Source: Phaeosaccion multiseriatum (lineage: Eukaryota > Protista > Ochrophyta, other classes). From it: a stretch of 64,000 bases of DNA. A program made the translations under genes and the position numbers. Location of the stretch: contig OZ218961.1 of NCBI GenBank assembly GCA_965112735.1, positions 2,294,001 to 2,358,000 of the forward strand, in the 5' to 3' direction. The notes under the pieces were generated by a model, which was not told where the DNA came from, searched no databases, and was given only the letters and a program-made list of their open reading frames with translations. Below, in pieces: positions 28,900 to 37,800 of this stretch (position 1 is its first letter; each line of letters starts with the position of its first letter).

Positions 28900-29973
28900 T
28901 CAGTCCTCGCAGTCGCAGGGGTGACCATTGGCGTGCACCCACTGCTTCATCTCCTCAAAGGCGGCAGGGGGCATATCCCAATCACGGCCGCCATATCCGT
29001 TTTTCAAGACTTGTGGGCATGAACTCTCATCCCAGGGACACATGACCTCCTCCGATCGGAGCCACTTCAGCACAGAGAGGCTCTTGGCGTCATAAACTGC
29101 AAAATAGCAGACACCTTCACCCCACCTGCACAGCTCCCGTGCGTTTGCATGGAGCCACTGCAGCACTTCCAGATTGCCTTCGTGGGCCGCATAATAAGCC
29201 CCACGCCTCCACCTGCTGTCGTTATCTGCCGCCTCCATTGCCATCTCAGCTCTGACCTTGGGATGATGCAAAAGCATGTCCAACACTCGAATATGCCCCG
29301 CCCTTACAGCCTCCTCCCACACGGTGCATTGAGGAGGGCGCTCAACCTCGTCGGACAGCAGCCACGTAAGAACCTCCACATTGCCGCACTTGCCAGCTTC
29401 GCCATAAGTATAGCTCTGCATCCACGGGCACCGCTCCTTATCGGGCAGGTCCTCCACTCGCAGCCATTGGAGGATGCTCAGTGCGTGCCTTTCATTCCTC
29501 ACCGCAACCACGCAAGCGAACCAATTCCAGGCACACCCCATGCTGTGAAGAGCCTTGCATATACTCACATCTCCGTACTGTGCCGCATCTCTAAAAGTCT
29601 TCAAACTCAGCTCATACCCGCACTTCCTGGCCCACCTCAAACGCTCCACAGACTCAACCACACTCCTGATCCGCGTTGTCTTGGCCGGATCGACACATCT
29701 GTAGTGGCCCTTCCACTCCTTGCTCACCGCCGCTACGAACAAGTCCTGGCCCCCACCAGTCCATTCCATCACACTCATGAGCAAATCCTCCTTAGTCAGC
29801 GCCTTCTCACAAGCTTCGAAGGTTTGAGCATCGCTTCCCTCGCCTCCAGCAAGGGCAGCGGGAACGGGAGAAGCTGCCACGGCGGCGCTGCAACCTTGCG
29901 CCTCCATCGAGGAGTCGGTGGGAGGAGCTGGCTGAAGTCTTTTGCCGCCCTGCTTTCGGCTCGGTCCGTCCAT
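28900..29973 (-). CDS. F-box-like + ankyrin-repeat protein copy 2 (intact, ~357 aa from MDGPS)
   Basis: Uninterrupted ORF. N-terminal DLLMSVMEWTGGGQDLFVAAVSKEWK is F-box-like. Repeats AAQYGDVSICKAL-GCAW, AGKCGNVEVLTWL, AAHEGNLEVLQWL, CPW. A probable 5'UTR intron runs from cag|GTA at ~30312 to accag| at ~30075. Confidence 0.85.
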   Translation of the reverse strand: MDGPSRKQGGKRLQPAPPTDSSMEAQGCSAAVAASPVPAALAGGEGSDAQTFEACEKALTKEDLLMSVMEWTGGGQDLFVAAVSKEWKGHYRCVDPAKTTRIRSVVESVERLRWARKCGYELSLKTFRDAAQYGDVSICKALHSMGCAWNWFACVVAVRNERHALSILQWLRVEDLPDKERCPWMQSYTYGEAGKCGNVEVLTWLLSDEVERPPQCTVWEEAVRAGHIRVLDMLLHHPKVRAEMAMEAADNDSRWRRGAYYAAHEGNLEVLQWLHANARELCRWGEGVCYFAVYDAKSLSVLKWLRSEEVMCPWDESSCPQVLKNGYGGRDWDMPPAAFEEMKQWVHANGHPCDCED

Positions 29974-30469
29974 GTCTTTCGCGGCCCCACTCTGGATGAC
30001 TGCTTGACACGTATGATGTGCCGCGCGCGGCACGGATCGGGGGGAAGAAGCGCTTTTGCTTTCCTCAGCGAAGCCTGGTACGACGAGGGAAGGGAAGGGG
30101 GAGGGGGGATCACAGGAGGGAAATGCCACGCAGTGTGAGCAAAAGGCGGCATCGGTGCCTCGTTGGGCCTTTGCCGAGACCCCCCCCCAGCCAAGAGCTC
30201 CGAAGAGTGCGGAGGGCAAGTTTACTTCGATGGACTCGATCTCCATCTCCATGCACGGCCTCGACTGCTCTAAGCATCCTCCAGCCTGCATTCTTCAGCG
30301 CCACACCGTACCTGCTGTGCTTGGTCGAAGAGGGACGGAGGGATGCTTATACCCTTTATGGAAGGGGAATGAAAAAACAAAATTGAGGAAATACAGCCAG
30401 GCAAGTTGGTTGCTCGGAGTCGGCCCTGTGATCAGAGGGCGTTTGGTGGCGACCTTGCTTGCTTTTCCG

Positions 30470-30756
30470 CCCTGGAAGAGGTTATCAGATTACTGATTAC
30501 GGCCGGCGCAGCCGGCCTGATTACTGATTACTGCCGGCGCCAGCCGGCCTGATTACTGATTATGGCGCCAGCCGGGCCTGATTACTGATTATGGCCGGCG
30601 CCAGCCGGGTCTGATTACTGATTAGCTAGCTATGACCGGCGCCAGCCGGCCTGATTACTGATTATGACGGGCGCTAGCCGGCCTGATTACTGATTATTGG
30701 CGCCAGCCGGCCTGATTACTGATTATGGTCGGCGAATACTGTAACCTCTTCCAGGG
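30470..30756. mobile_element. 287-bp MITE, EnSpm/CACTA-like (CCC...GGG termini, 3-bp TSD)
   Basis: 15-bp TIR CCCTGGAAGAGGTTA / TAACCTCTTCCAGGG. CCG duplicated at 30467-30469 and 30757-30759. Internal tandem CTGATTACTGATTA + GCCGGCGCCAGCCGGC repeats. Absent from the paralogous cassettes. Confidence 0.85.
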
Positions 30757-30946
30757 CCGATGCTTTCTTGACTGCAGCCTTGCAGCTCTCTGCCTGGCTG
30801 GGGGGTATAAGTCACTCTTCCCTCAAGCAGCCCACCTACGACACCCCCTCTTTGTGCTGCACTCTATCTCATATTGTCTGCGGCCTTTCTTCCCTTCTGT
30901 TGCTGCTGCTGATGTGCAGACACTTGACTTCAACTAGCTAGTACCT

Positions 30947-31157
30947 GGCCGGCGCCAGCCGGCCGGGTTCCAGGTTCTGGCCGGCGCCAGCTTAAAAACG
31001 TATAATAGGTTCCAGGTTACCCGGAAAAAGCCGTGTAATAAGGCAATGATAAGGTCCCCTGCACCTGGGTAGATCAGAACCTGGGTTCCAGGTTCTGGCC
31101 GGCGTCAGCCGGCTCCAGGTTCTGGCCAGGGTCGCCTCAGAACCTTGTCAGGGGCCG
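30947..31157. mobile_element. ~210-bp insertion flanked by AGTACCT direct repeats
   Basis: AGTACCT at 30940-30946 and 31158-31164. Internal GGTTCCAGGTTCT and GCCGGCGCCAGC repeats. It ends in TGTCAGGGG, like the 33368 element. Absent from paralogs. Confidence 0.6.
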
Positions 31158-31212
31158 AGTACCTGTAGTACGGTATTTTACAAGAGCAGTGGAGGAGTTG
31201 CGGGCATAGGAC

Positions 31213-31853
31213 GCTGACCCTGACCCTGACCCTGACCCTGACCCTGACCCTGACCTTGACCCTGACCTTGACCCTGGCCCTGACCCTGACCCTGACCCTG
31301 ACCCTGGCCCTGGCCAAGGAGTTGTGACCCCGACCCTGACCCAGACCCTGACCCTGACCCTGACCTTGACCCTGACCCTGACCCTGACCTTGACCCTGAC
31401 CCTGACCCTGACCTTGACCCTGGCCCTGGCCCTGACCCTGACCCTGACCCTGACCCTGACCCTGACCCTGACCCTGACCCTGACCCTGACCCCGACCCTG
31501 ACCCTGACCCTGACCCTGACCCTGACCCTGGTGTGTGCTGTCTGGGTCTAGGTCGATATCGATACTTGCCCGGGGTTAAAATAGGGCTATGTCAGTATTG
31601 GTGTCAGGACCCCTTTTCTGGAATGTCCTTTGGACTTTCACTTCTTTCTTTTCTTTTATTCAACAAGGTACCTCGCTCGACGAGCAGGCTACAAGATTAT
31701 AATAGGAGGCTTCACACATTGGCACAGAGCCTGTGGAGTATTCTCTAAACCCCTTGTAGAGCTTGTGGGCACAGCATAGGTGACCCTGACCCTGGTGACC
31801 CTGACCCTGGTGACCCTGACCCTGGTGACCCTGACCCTGACCCTGACCATGAC
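31213..31853. repeat. Telomere-like (CCCTGA)n array 3, split by a ~250-bp unique spacer (31531-31778)
   Basis: Direct reading. The distal part (CCCTGGTGA x3 ... CCATGA) matches the end of array 1. Confidence 0.9.
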
Positions 31854-32140
31854 GTTCAGCGTCAATGAAGCATCGCTATCTTCTATTGACTCCTATGCTT
31901 GTCTCGTCCGATTCTACTCTATCACGGTGAGAGGGAAGGAGGAGTGGGCAGTGTGTGAGCCTCTCTTCAGCGCTGCGGAGGGAGGGGCGTGGTGCTGCTC
32001 GATCAAGCACTTCGCAGAGGGAAAGCGCCAAATCTGGTTATATTACTACGAAGTAAGACATTAAGCCACTATCGATGGCACCGTGTGCGAAACTAGGCGG
32101 TGCTTTACCCAGGAGGGGCCGCGCTGTCTGCCCTGGTCAC

Positions 32141-33115
32141 TCAGTCCTCGCAGTCGCAGGGGTGACCATTGGCGTGCACCCACTGCTTCATCTCCTCAAA
32201 GGCGGCAGGGGCCATATCCCATCCACGACTGCCATATCCGTTTTTCATGACTTGTGGGCATGACCTCCCATCCCAGGGACACATGACCTCCTCCGATCGG
32301 AGCCACTTCAGCATAGAGAGGCCCTTGGCGGAATAAACTGCAAAAAAACAGACATTTGCATCCCACCTGCACAGCTCCCGTGCGTTTGCATGGAGCCACT
32401 GCAGCACTTCCAGATTGCCTTCCTCGGCCGCGAAGACAGCCCCATCCCTCCACCCGCTGTATTCATCTGCCGCCTCCATCTCAGCTCTGACCTTCGGATG
32501 ATGCAAAAGCATGTCCAACGCTCGAATGTGCCCCGCCCATACAGCCTCCACCCACATGGTGGATTGAGGAGGGCCCTCAAACTCGTCGGACAGCAGCCAC
32601 GTAAGAACCTCCACATTGCCGCACCTGCCAGCTTCGCGACAAATCAACTTCTGATCCCAAGGGCACCGCTCCTTGTTGGGAAGGTCCTCCACTCGCAGCC
32701 ATTGGAGGATGCTCAGTCCGTGCTTTTCATTCCACACCGCAACCACGCAAATGATCGAACGCCAGGCACAACCCATGCTGTGAAGAGCCTTGCAAATACT
32801 CACATCTGCGTACTGTGCCGCAAAACTAAATGTCATCACACTCAGCTCATACCCGCACTTCCTGGCCCACCTCAAACGCTCCACAGACTCAACCACACTC
32901 CTGATCCGCGTTGTCTTGGCCGGATGGAGACGTCTGTAGTCGCCCTTCCACTCCTTGCTCACCGCCGCTATAAACAAGTCCTGGCCCCCACCAGTCCATT
33001 CCATCACACTGATGAGAAGGGCAGCCTGGGCCAGGGCCTGTTCACAAGCTTCGAAGGTTTGAGCATCGCTTCCCTCGCTTACAGCAAGGGCAGCGGGAAC
33101 GGGAGAAGCTGCCAT
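32141..33115 (-). CDS. F-box-like + ankyrin-repeat protein copy 3 (open frame, 324 aa from junction ATG)
   Basis: Open ORF homologous to copy 2. A 5' deletion of ~300 bp removes the MDGPS start and the probable acceptor but creates ATG GCA at the junction. Confidence 0.75.
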   Translation of the reverse strand: MAASPVPAALAVSEGSDAQTFEACEQALAQAALLISVMEWTGGGQDLFIAAVSKEWKGDYRRLHPAKTTRIRSVVESVERLRWARKCGYELSVMTFSFAAQYADVSICKALHSMGCAWRSIICVVAVWNEKHGLSILQWLRVEDLPNKERCPWDQKLICREAGRCGNVEVLTWLLSDEFEGPPQSTMWVEAVWAGHIRALDMLLHHPKVRAEMEAADEYSGWRDGAVFAAEEGNLEVLQWLHANARELCRWDANVCFFAVYSAKGLSMLKWLRSEEVMCPWDGRSCPQVMKNGYGSRGWDMAPAAFEEMKQWVHANGHPCDCED

Positions 33116-33367
33116 ACCCCCCCCGAAGAGCCGAAGAGTGCGGAGGGCAAGTCTTCGATGGATTCGATCACTATCTCCCAGCACGGCCTCGGCTGCTCTA
33201 AGCCTCCTCCAGCCTGCATTCTTCAGCGCCACACTCCTACCTGCTGCTTGGTCGAAGAGGGATGGAGGGATAATTACGGAGGGGGAAGGGGAAAATAATT
33301 GAGCGACATCCAGGCCAGTTGGTTGCTCGGAGTCGGCCCTGTGATCAGAGAGCGTTTGGCGGCCATC

Positions 33368-33887
33368 CCCCTGACATGCTATCGCCCACTTTCTCGATAG
33401 CGCGCTATCGGCCGGCTATCGGCCGGCGGCCGATAGCGGATAGCGCGCCGGCTGGCGCCGGCTGATAGCGGATAGCACGCCCCCACCCCTCGACACCCTC
33501 CGCCCCCCTGTAGGTGTATGGGCAGGACATCGACATAAGGTATCGAGAAGGTCGACATCGGTCTAATTCGGGAAGGTGGGCGGGAGGTTAGCGAGTCAGT
33601 GACAAGGCCGTGGAGTAGGCAAAAGGAGACAAGGGAAAGGGGGAAACAGGACATTGGGATAAGGGAGAGGACAGGAATCATTGAGGGGGTAGTAGTAGAC
33701 ATTAGCAACGTCTAGCAAATACACACACTCTACTCAACTAGTCCAATATATATCTTGGAGTGAGCGGTAGGCCTCTAGGAGGCTACTGAGGGCTGTTCCG
33801 GGAAGGGTCGTCACTGCCCTGGCTCGGAGGCTAACACCCCCCCCCAAAGCCGGCTGGCGCCGGCGATAGCGGATAGCGTGTCAGGGG
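33368..33887. mobile_element. MITE with CCCCTGACA(T/C)GCTATC TIRs and 2-bp TSD (TC), EnSpm/CACTA-like
   Basis: TIRs at 33368-33383 and 33872-33887. TC at 33366-33367 and 33888-33889. Subterminal GCTATCG/CGATAGC repeats. Absent from paralogs. Confidence 0.8.
33509..33836. mobile_element. Probable solo LTR (328 bp) nested in the MITE
   Basis: Starts TGTAG and ends CTAACA (TG..CA with short terminal inverted repeat). Both flanks are C-runs (CCCCC TSD-compatible). Composition differs from the GC-rich MITE. Confidence 0.65.
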
Positions 33888-34165
33888 TCGAGCCGGGGGC
33901 CGTGACGGATGACGGCCTGGCTGCCTTTGGCTGCAGCCTTGCAGCTCTCTGCCTGGGGGGTATAAGTCACTCTTCCCTCAAGCAGTCCACCTACGACACC
34001 CCCTCTTTGTGCTGCGCTCTATCTCGTATTGTCTGCGGCTATTCGTCCCTTCTTTTGCTACTGGTGATGTGCAGACACTTGGCTTCAACAGGCACTTGGC
34101 TTCAAGTTCTTTTTATTAGTCCTGTAGTACTGTACCTGTTCCAGAGCCGTCAAGGAGTTCTGAGG

Positions 34166-34650
34166 CTGACCTTGACCCTGACCTTGACCCTGGCCCTGAC
34201 CCTGACCCTGACCCTGACCCTGACCCTGACCCTGACCCTGACCCTGACCCTGACCCTGACCCTGATGCTGATCCTGACCCCGACCCTGACCCTGACCCTG
34301 ACCCTGACCCTGACCCTGACCCTGACCCTGACCCTGACCCTGACCCTGACCCTGACCCTGATCCTGATCCTGACCCTAACCCCGACCCTGACCCTAACCC
34401 TGACCCTGACCCTGATCCTGGCTGACCCTGACCCTGATCCTGACCCTGACCCTGACCCTCATCCTGATCCTGACCCTAACCCCGACCCTGACCCTAACCC
34501 TGACCCTGACCCTGATCCTGGCTGACCCTGACCCTGATCCTGACCCTGACCCTGACCCTGACCCTGACCCTGACCCTGACCCTGACCCCGACCCTGACCC
34601 TGACCCTGACCCTGACCCTGCCCCAGCCAGCCCCTGACCCTGACCCTGCC
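34166..34650. repeat. Telomere-like (CCCTGA)n array 4
   Basis: About 80 units with several CCCTAA and TCCTGA variants. It closes the cassette island. Confidence 0.95.
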
Positions 34651-35474
34651 CCTCAATCTTCCCAGACGGGTTGGATACGAGCGAGCAGCGTATCGTGCCT
34701 GGTAGCTAGCGCAATAAACAAGACCCGTGCATCCCCACAGCCTGGACACCGGCCTTGAAGCCCCGCTCTCCGCAGGGCGTCTTGTTTCGCGGGGGACTTG
34801 GAGCAAGAGTAAGCGGGCCGCGATGGATGTTGGAGGAGAATGGAGAGAATCTGCGGCTGACCGCTGGGGGGGGTGGGGGGGGCACAGCCTGAGAAAGGGG
34901 AGAGGGTCGGAAAATGTAGGGCCAGTGACCCAGTCAGTCTCGTGTGAGGCGAGGGCGCTCAGCTTGAAGTCACGTAGCCTCAAACAAGCCAAAACAAGAG
35001 GACTCGCTCGGAGGAATGCGTTCCTTCCCCTGGCAATGAGTGAATGCACTTCAGCGACGGCCTGGACAGACTACAGCGTCAGTCAGGCCACAAGGTAGAA
35101 AGAAATCTCACCACCGTCGTCACCATCAGCACCAATCAATTCGTCACTGACCTTGCTGACTTAGGTCTGTTCTTAATGGGCTTGTGCGAGGAGTAGTAAG
35201 GCCCTGCCCAGCGGTGGTGGCATTCCTTTAGCTACTCTTGCCCTTCTTGTTCGGGCGCTTGCTTGCTTGCTTGGCGGCGCGGGGGTGGGCGAAGGAGGAG
35301 GCGCTGGATCCACCGGTCGGAGGCAGCTGGCTGATCACTGCGAGTGGTTCCACTGGTACAGAAGGTCGCCTGCCCTTGAGATTTCCCTCCCCTTCTGGCG
35401 GTGGACAACCCCCCCTGCCGTCAGCTTGGCCAACCCTTACTCATATTGGCAGTACTTTAACGTTGGCCAACCCC

Positions 35475-35984
35475 TTACTCCGACTGGCAGAGCTGTGATA
35501 CGTCTTCCACTGCGATCTCCTCCCCTTCCTGGGCGGTGGCGGCCTGACCCTGGCGGTGATTGGTGAGCTCCGCGACTTCATCCACCGCCCCCTTCGCGGT
35601 TCTCTTTGCCTCCTCGAGGTCCGTCTCCAAAGCCAAAACGCGAGCGACTGCTTCCCTGAGGCCAGCCTCCAGTGCCAAGACTTGCTTGTCCTTGACGCGG
35701 ACCTTGTCCTTCAATCCCCTCTCCATCCCCTCCATCTTCAGCTTCAGCTCGTTGATCTTGTGGTCCCTTTCCACCGAGGCATCCAGCAGGGCCGCCTTCA
35801 CCTCCTCACTGCTCGCCTTGCCTTGGAGCCTCTGCTGAAGGAGGGCGATGCTCTCCTCCAAGTCCTTCACCTCTCTTCCCGAGAAGGGCATGTTTGCTAC
35901 CGGAGCTTCAGTCTCAGGCTCTTCGGCAGTTGAGGAGCCATGAGTTACATAAGCGCTTTCTCTCGCGCAGCCTGGGAGCAACAT
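35475..35984 (-). CDS. Hypothetical coiled-coil protein (main exon; downstream exons toward ~34.7 kb unresolved)
   Basis: Non-repetitive ORF with heptad-like EVKDLEESIALLQQRL..KINELKLKMEGMERGL..VLALETDLEEAKR. Confidence 0.6.
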   Translation of the reverse strand: MLLPGCARESAYVTHGSSTAEEPETEAPVANMPFSGREVKDLEESIALLQQRLQGKASSEEVKAALLDASVERDHKINELKLKMEGMERGLKDKVRVKDKQVLALEAGLREAVARVLALETDLEEAKRTAKGAVDEVAELTNHRQGQAATAQEGEEIAVEDVSQLCQSE

Positions 35985-36063
35985 TTTTTCCCGCCGCCGG
36001 ATCCCGGAACAAAACTAAAACTCATCCCTTGCTTGCCCAACGGGAAGAGAGAGTGGAAGAGAG

Positions 36064-37291
36064 ATGGAGGTGATGCTGGGGCGGCGCTGGCTGGGGCGGC
36101 AGCATCATAGATATCTTTGCGGCGCAGTCGGGCGCAATCAGAGGCGCAAGGTTGCGACCTCAAGCGAGGGAAAAGGAGGCTCAGCACCAGCGGGAGCTGC
36201 CTCTCCAGAGAGGGAAAGGCCTTCGTTTGACGTGACGGGATCCCTTCTTGATGCTCGACGGGGCGGCCTAGACGTGCCTGCTAAAGGCCAGTGGATGCAG
36301 CTGAAGCACACATTCCCGCAGGAAGCTGTGGACGCCTTCGCCCGCCACGCTGGAGATGACAACCCCATTCACCTCGACGAGGAGTACGCTCGAGCCAGCA
36401 AGTAAGAGACAGAGAGAGATAGCAAGTAAGAAACGGAGAGAGACACGAAGAGACAGAGAGAGGCAGCAAGTAAGAGCGTAAGGAAGAGAAGAGAGACAAA
36501 AAACGAAAGAGGGGGGGGGGGATGGGAGCCAACAAGTAGGCAGTCGTGGGAGAGATAGAGCCAACAGTGCGGAGGTGGCTGCGTGAAAGAGAGGACGTGC
36601 ATCCGGGCACGTCGATGAGCCAAGGGGGGCCTGACACGCATCCCTCTTGCCTCAATCTTCTCTCTCTCTCTCGTATCTCTCTCTCTGTCGCTCTCTCTCT
36701 CTGTCTCCCTTCCTCCCCGTCAGGCCGCGTAGCTACGAGGGCTGCGTGGTGCACGGGCTGCTGGCCTCCGGGCTCATCAGCAGCATCTTCGGCCGGTCCA
36801 TCCCGGGCGCACTCTACGTGTCACAGATGCTCAAGTGAGTCACTCACCACGACTGCAGGGGGTTTTGTTTACCTCTGATTCCCCAAAGCAGACCGAAGGT
36901 TCCAACAAGATCAACGCCCACCTCCACCCCACGTGCTCCCCGCAATTGGCTCCTCTGCACGCTGGTACCTCCTCTCCCTCCCCCTCCCCCTACCCCCGTG
37001 CTCCTCCTCCCCCAGTGCCTCTGTCCAATGCGCTCTGTCCCTCCCATCTCCCTCCCACTCACAACACACCCCGTTTCGGAATCGTGACTCTCAAGTTTCC
37101 GTAAGATCATCTACGTGGGGGCGCCGCTCACGGCCCGAGTGGAGGTGCAACGTGCTCGGGTGACGGGCGGTGGCGGCGAGGTGCTGGTCAAGTGCAGCAC
37201 TTCCGTCACCATCGACGCCACCGAGGAAGTGGCCATCGAGGGAGACGCCCTCGTTATGCTTCCCAAGAACACCGCATCGAGAGGGGTGTGA
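36064..37291 (+). CDS. MaoC-like hotdog-fold (R)-enoyl-CoA hydratase / 3-hydroxyacyl-thioester dehydratase, probable mitochondrial presequence; 3 exons
   Basis: FARHAGDDNPIHLDEEYA (D-N-P-x-H catalytic motif), VVHGLLASGLISSIFG, PGALYVSQMLNFRKIIYVG, VAIEGDALV. Arg-rich N-terminus. Confidence 0.9.
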
Positions 37292-37663
37292 TGCAGCAGT
37301 TGGTGATACACCAGCAGGAAGAGAGGTGGCAGGACGGAGGGAGGGATATGCTTCCCCAGAGCCGCCGCCTTGAGGGAGGCCCTTGTCCCTCTCAATATAT
37401 CACCAACTTGAGAAGAAGAGGGGCCATGGTGGTGCAGCAGAAGGAGGGGAGGAGAGCCGGCAGGAGGAGAGGCAGCAGGAGCGGGGGGGATGGAGAACGG
37501 GAGCCTCGTGCACACCCAACAAACGCCTCCTCGAGAGGAAGGTGAGGGCGAGGTACGATATAGATGCTTTGCTTCGTGCTCCCTGAGAACCCTTTCCGCT
37601 TTCAGAGTCCTGTGAAGGGGAAGCGTAGGCGAGAGGCCGCCGCAGCAGCAGAGCATGAGGAGA

Positions 37664-37800
37664 AAGAGGAGGAGGAGGAGGAGGAGGAGGAGGAGGAGGA
37701 GGAGGAGGAGGAGGAGGAGGAGGAGGAGGAGGAGGAGGAGGAGGAGGAGGAGGAAGAGGAGGAGCAGGAGAAGGAGGAGGAGAAGGAGAAGGAGGAAGAG
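37664..37800. repeat. (GAG)n microsatellite
   Basis: Direct reading. Confidence 0.95.

Noticed and set aside
30487-30730. CRISPR-like alternation of CTGATTACTGATTA with GC-rich 'spacers'
   Set aside because: The spacers are near-identical, the array lies inside a MITE, the context is eukaryotic, and there are no cas genes.
26572-33115. Diversity-generating retroelement explanation for ankyrin variability
   Set aside because: No reverse transcriptase or non-coding template repeat in the window, so adenine-specific mutagenesis cannot be shown.
29149-33298. Long + strand ORFs 29149-30138 and 32390-33298
   Set aside because: Antisense shadows of the GC-rich ankyrin genes, with no independent motif.
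26013-34650. True chromosome end or telomere fusion site
   Set aside because: The arrays are internal, all in one orientation (no head-to-head junction) and flanked by ordinary genes on both sides.
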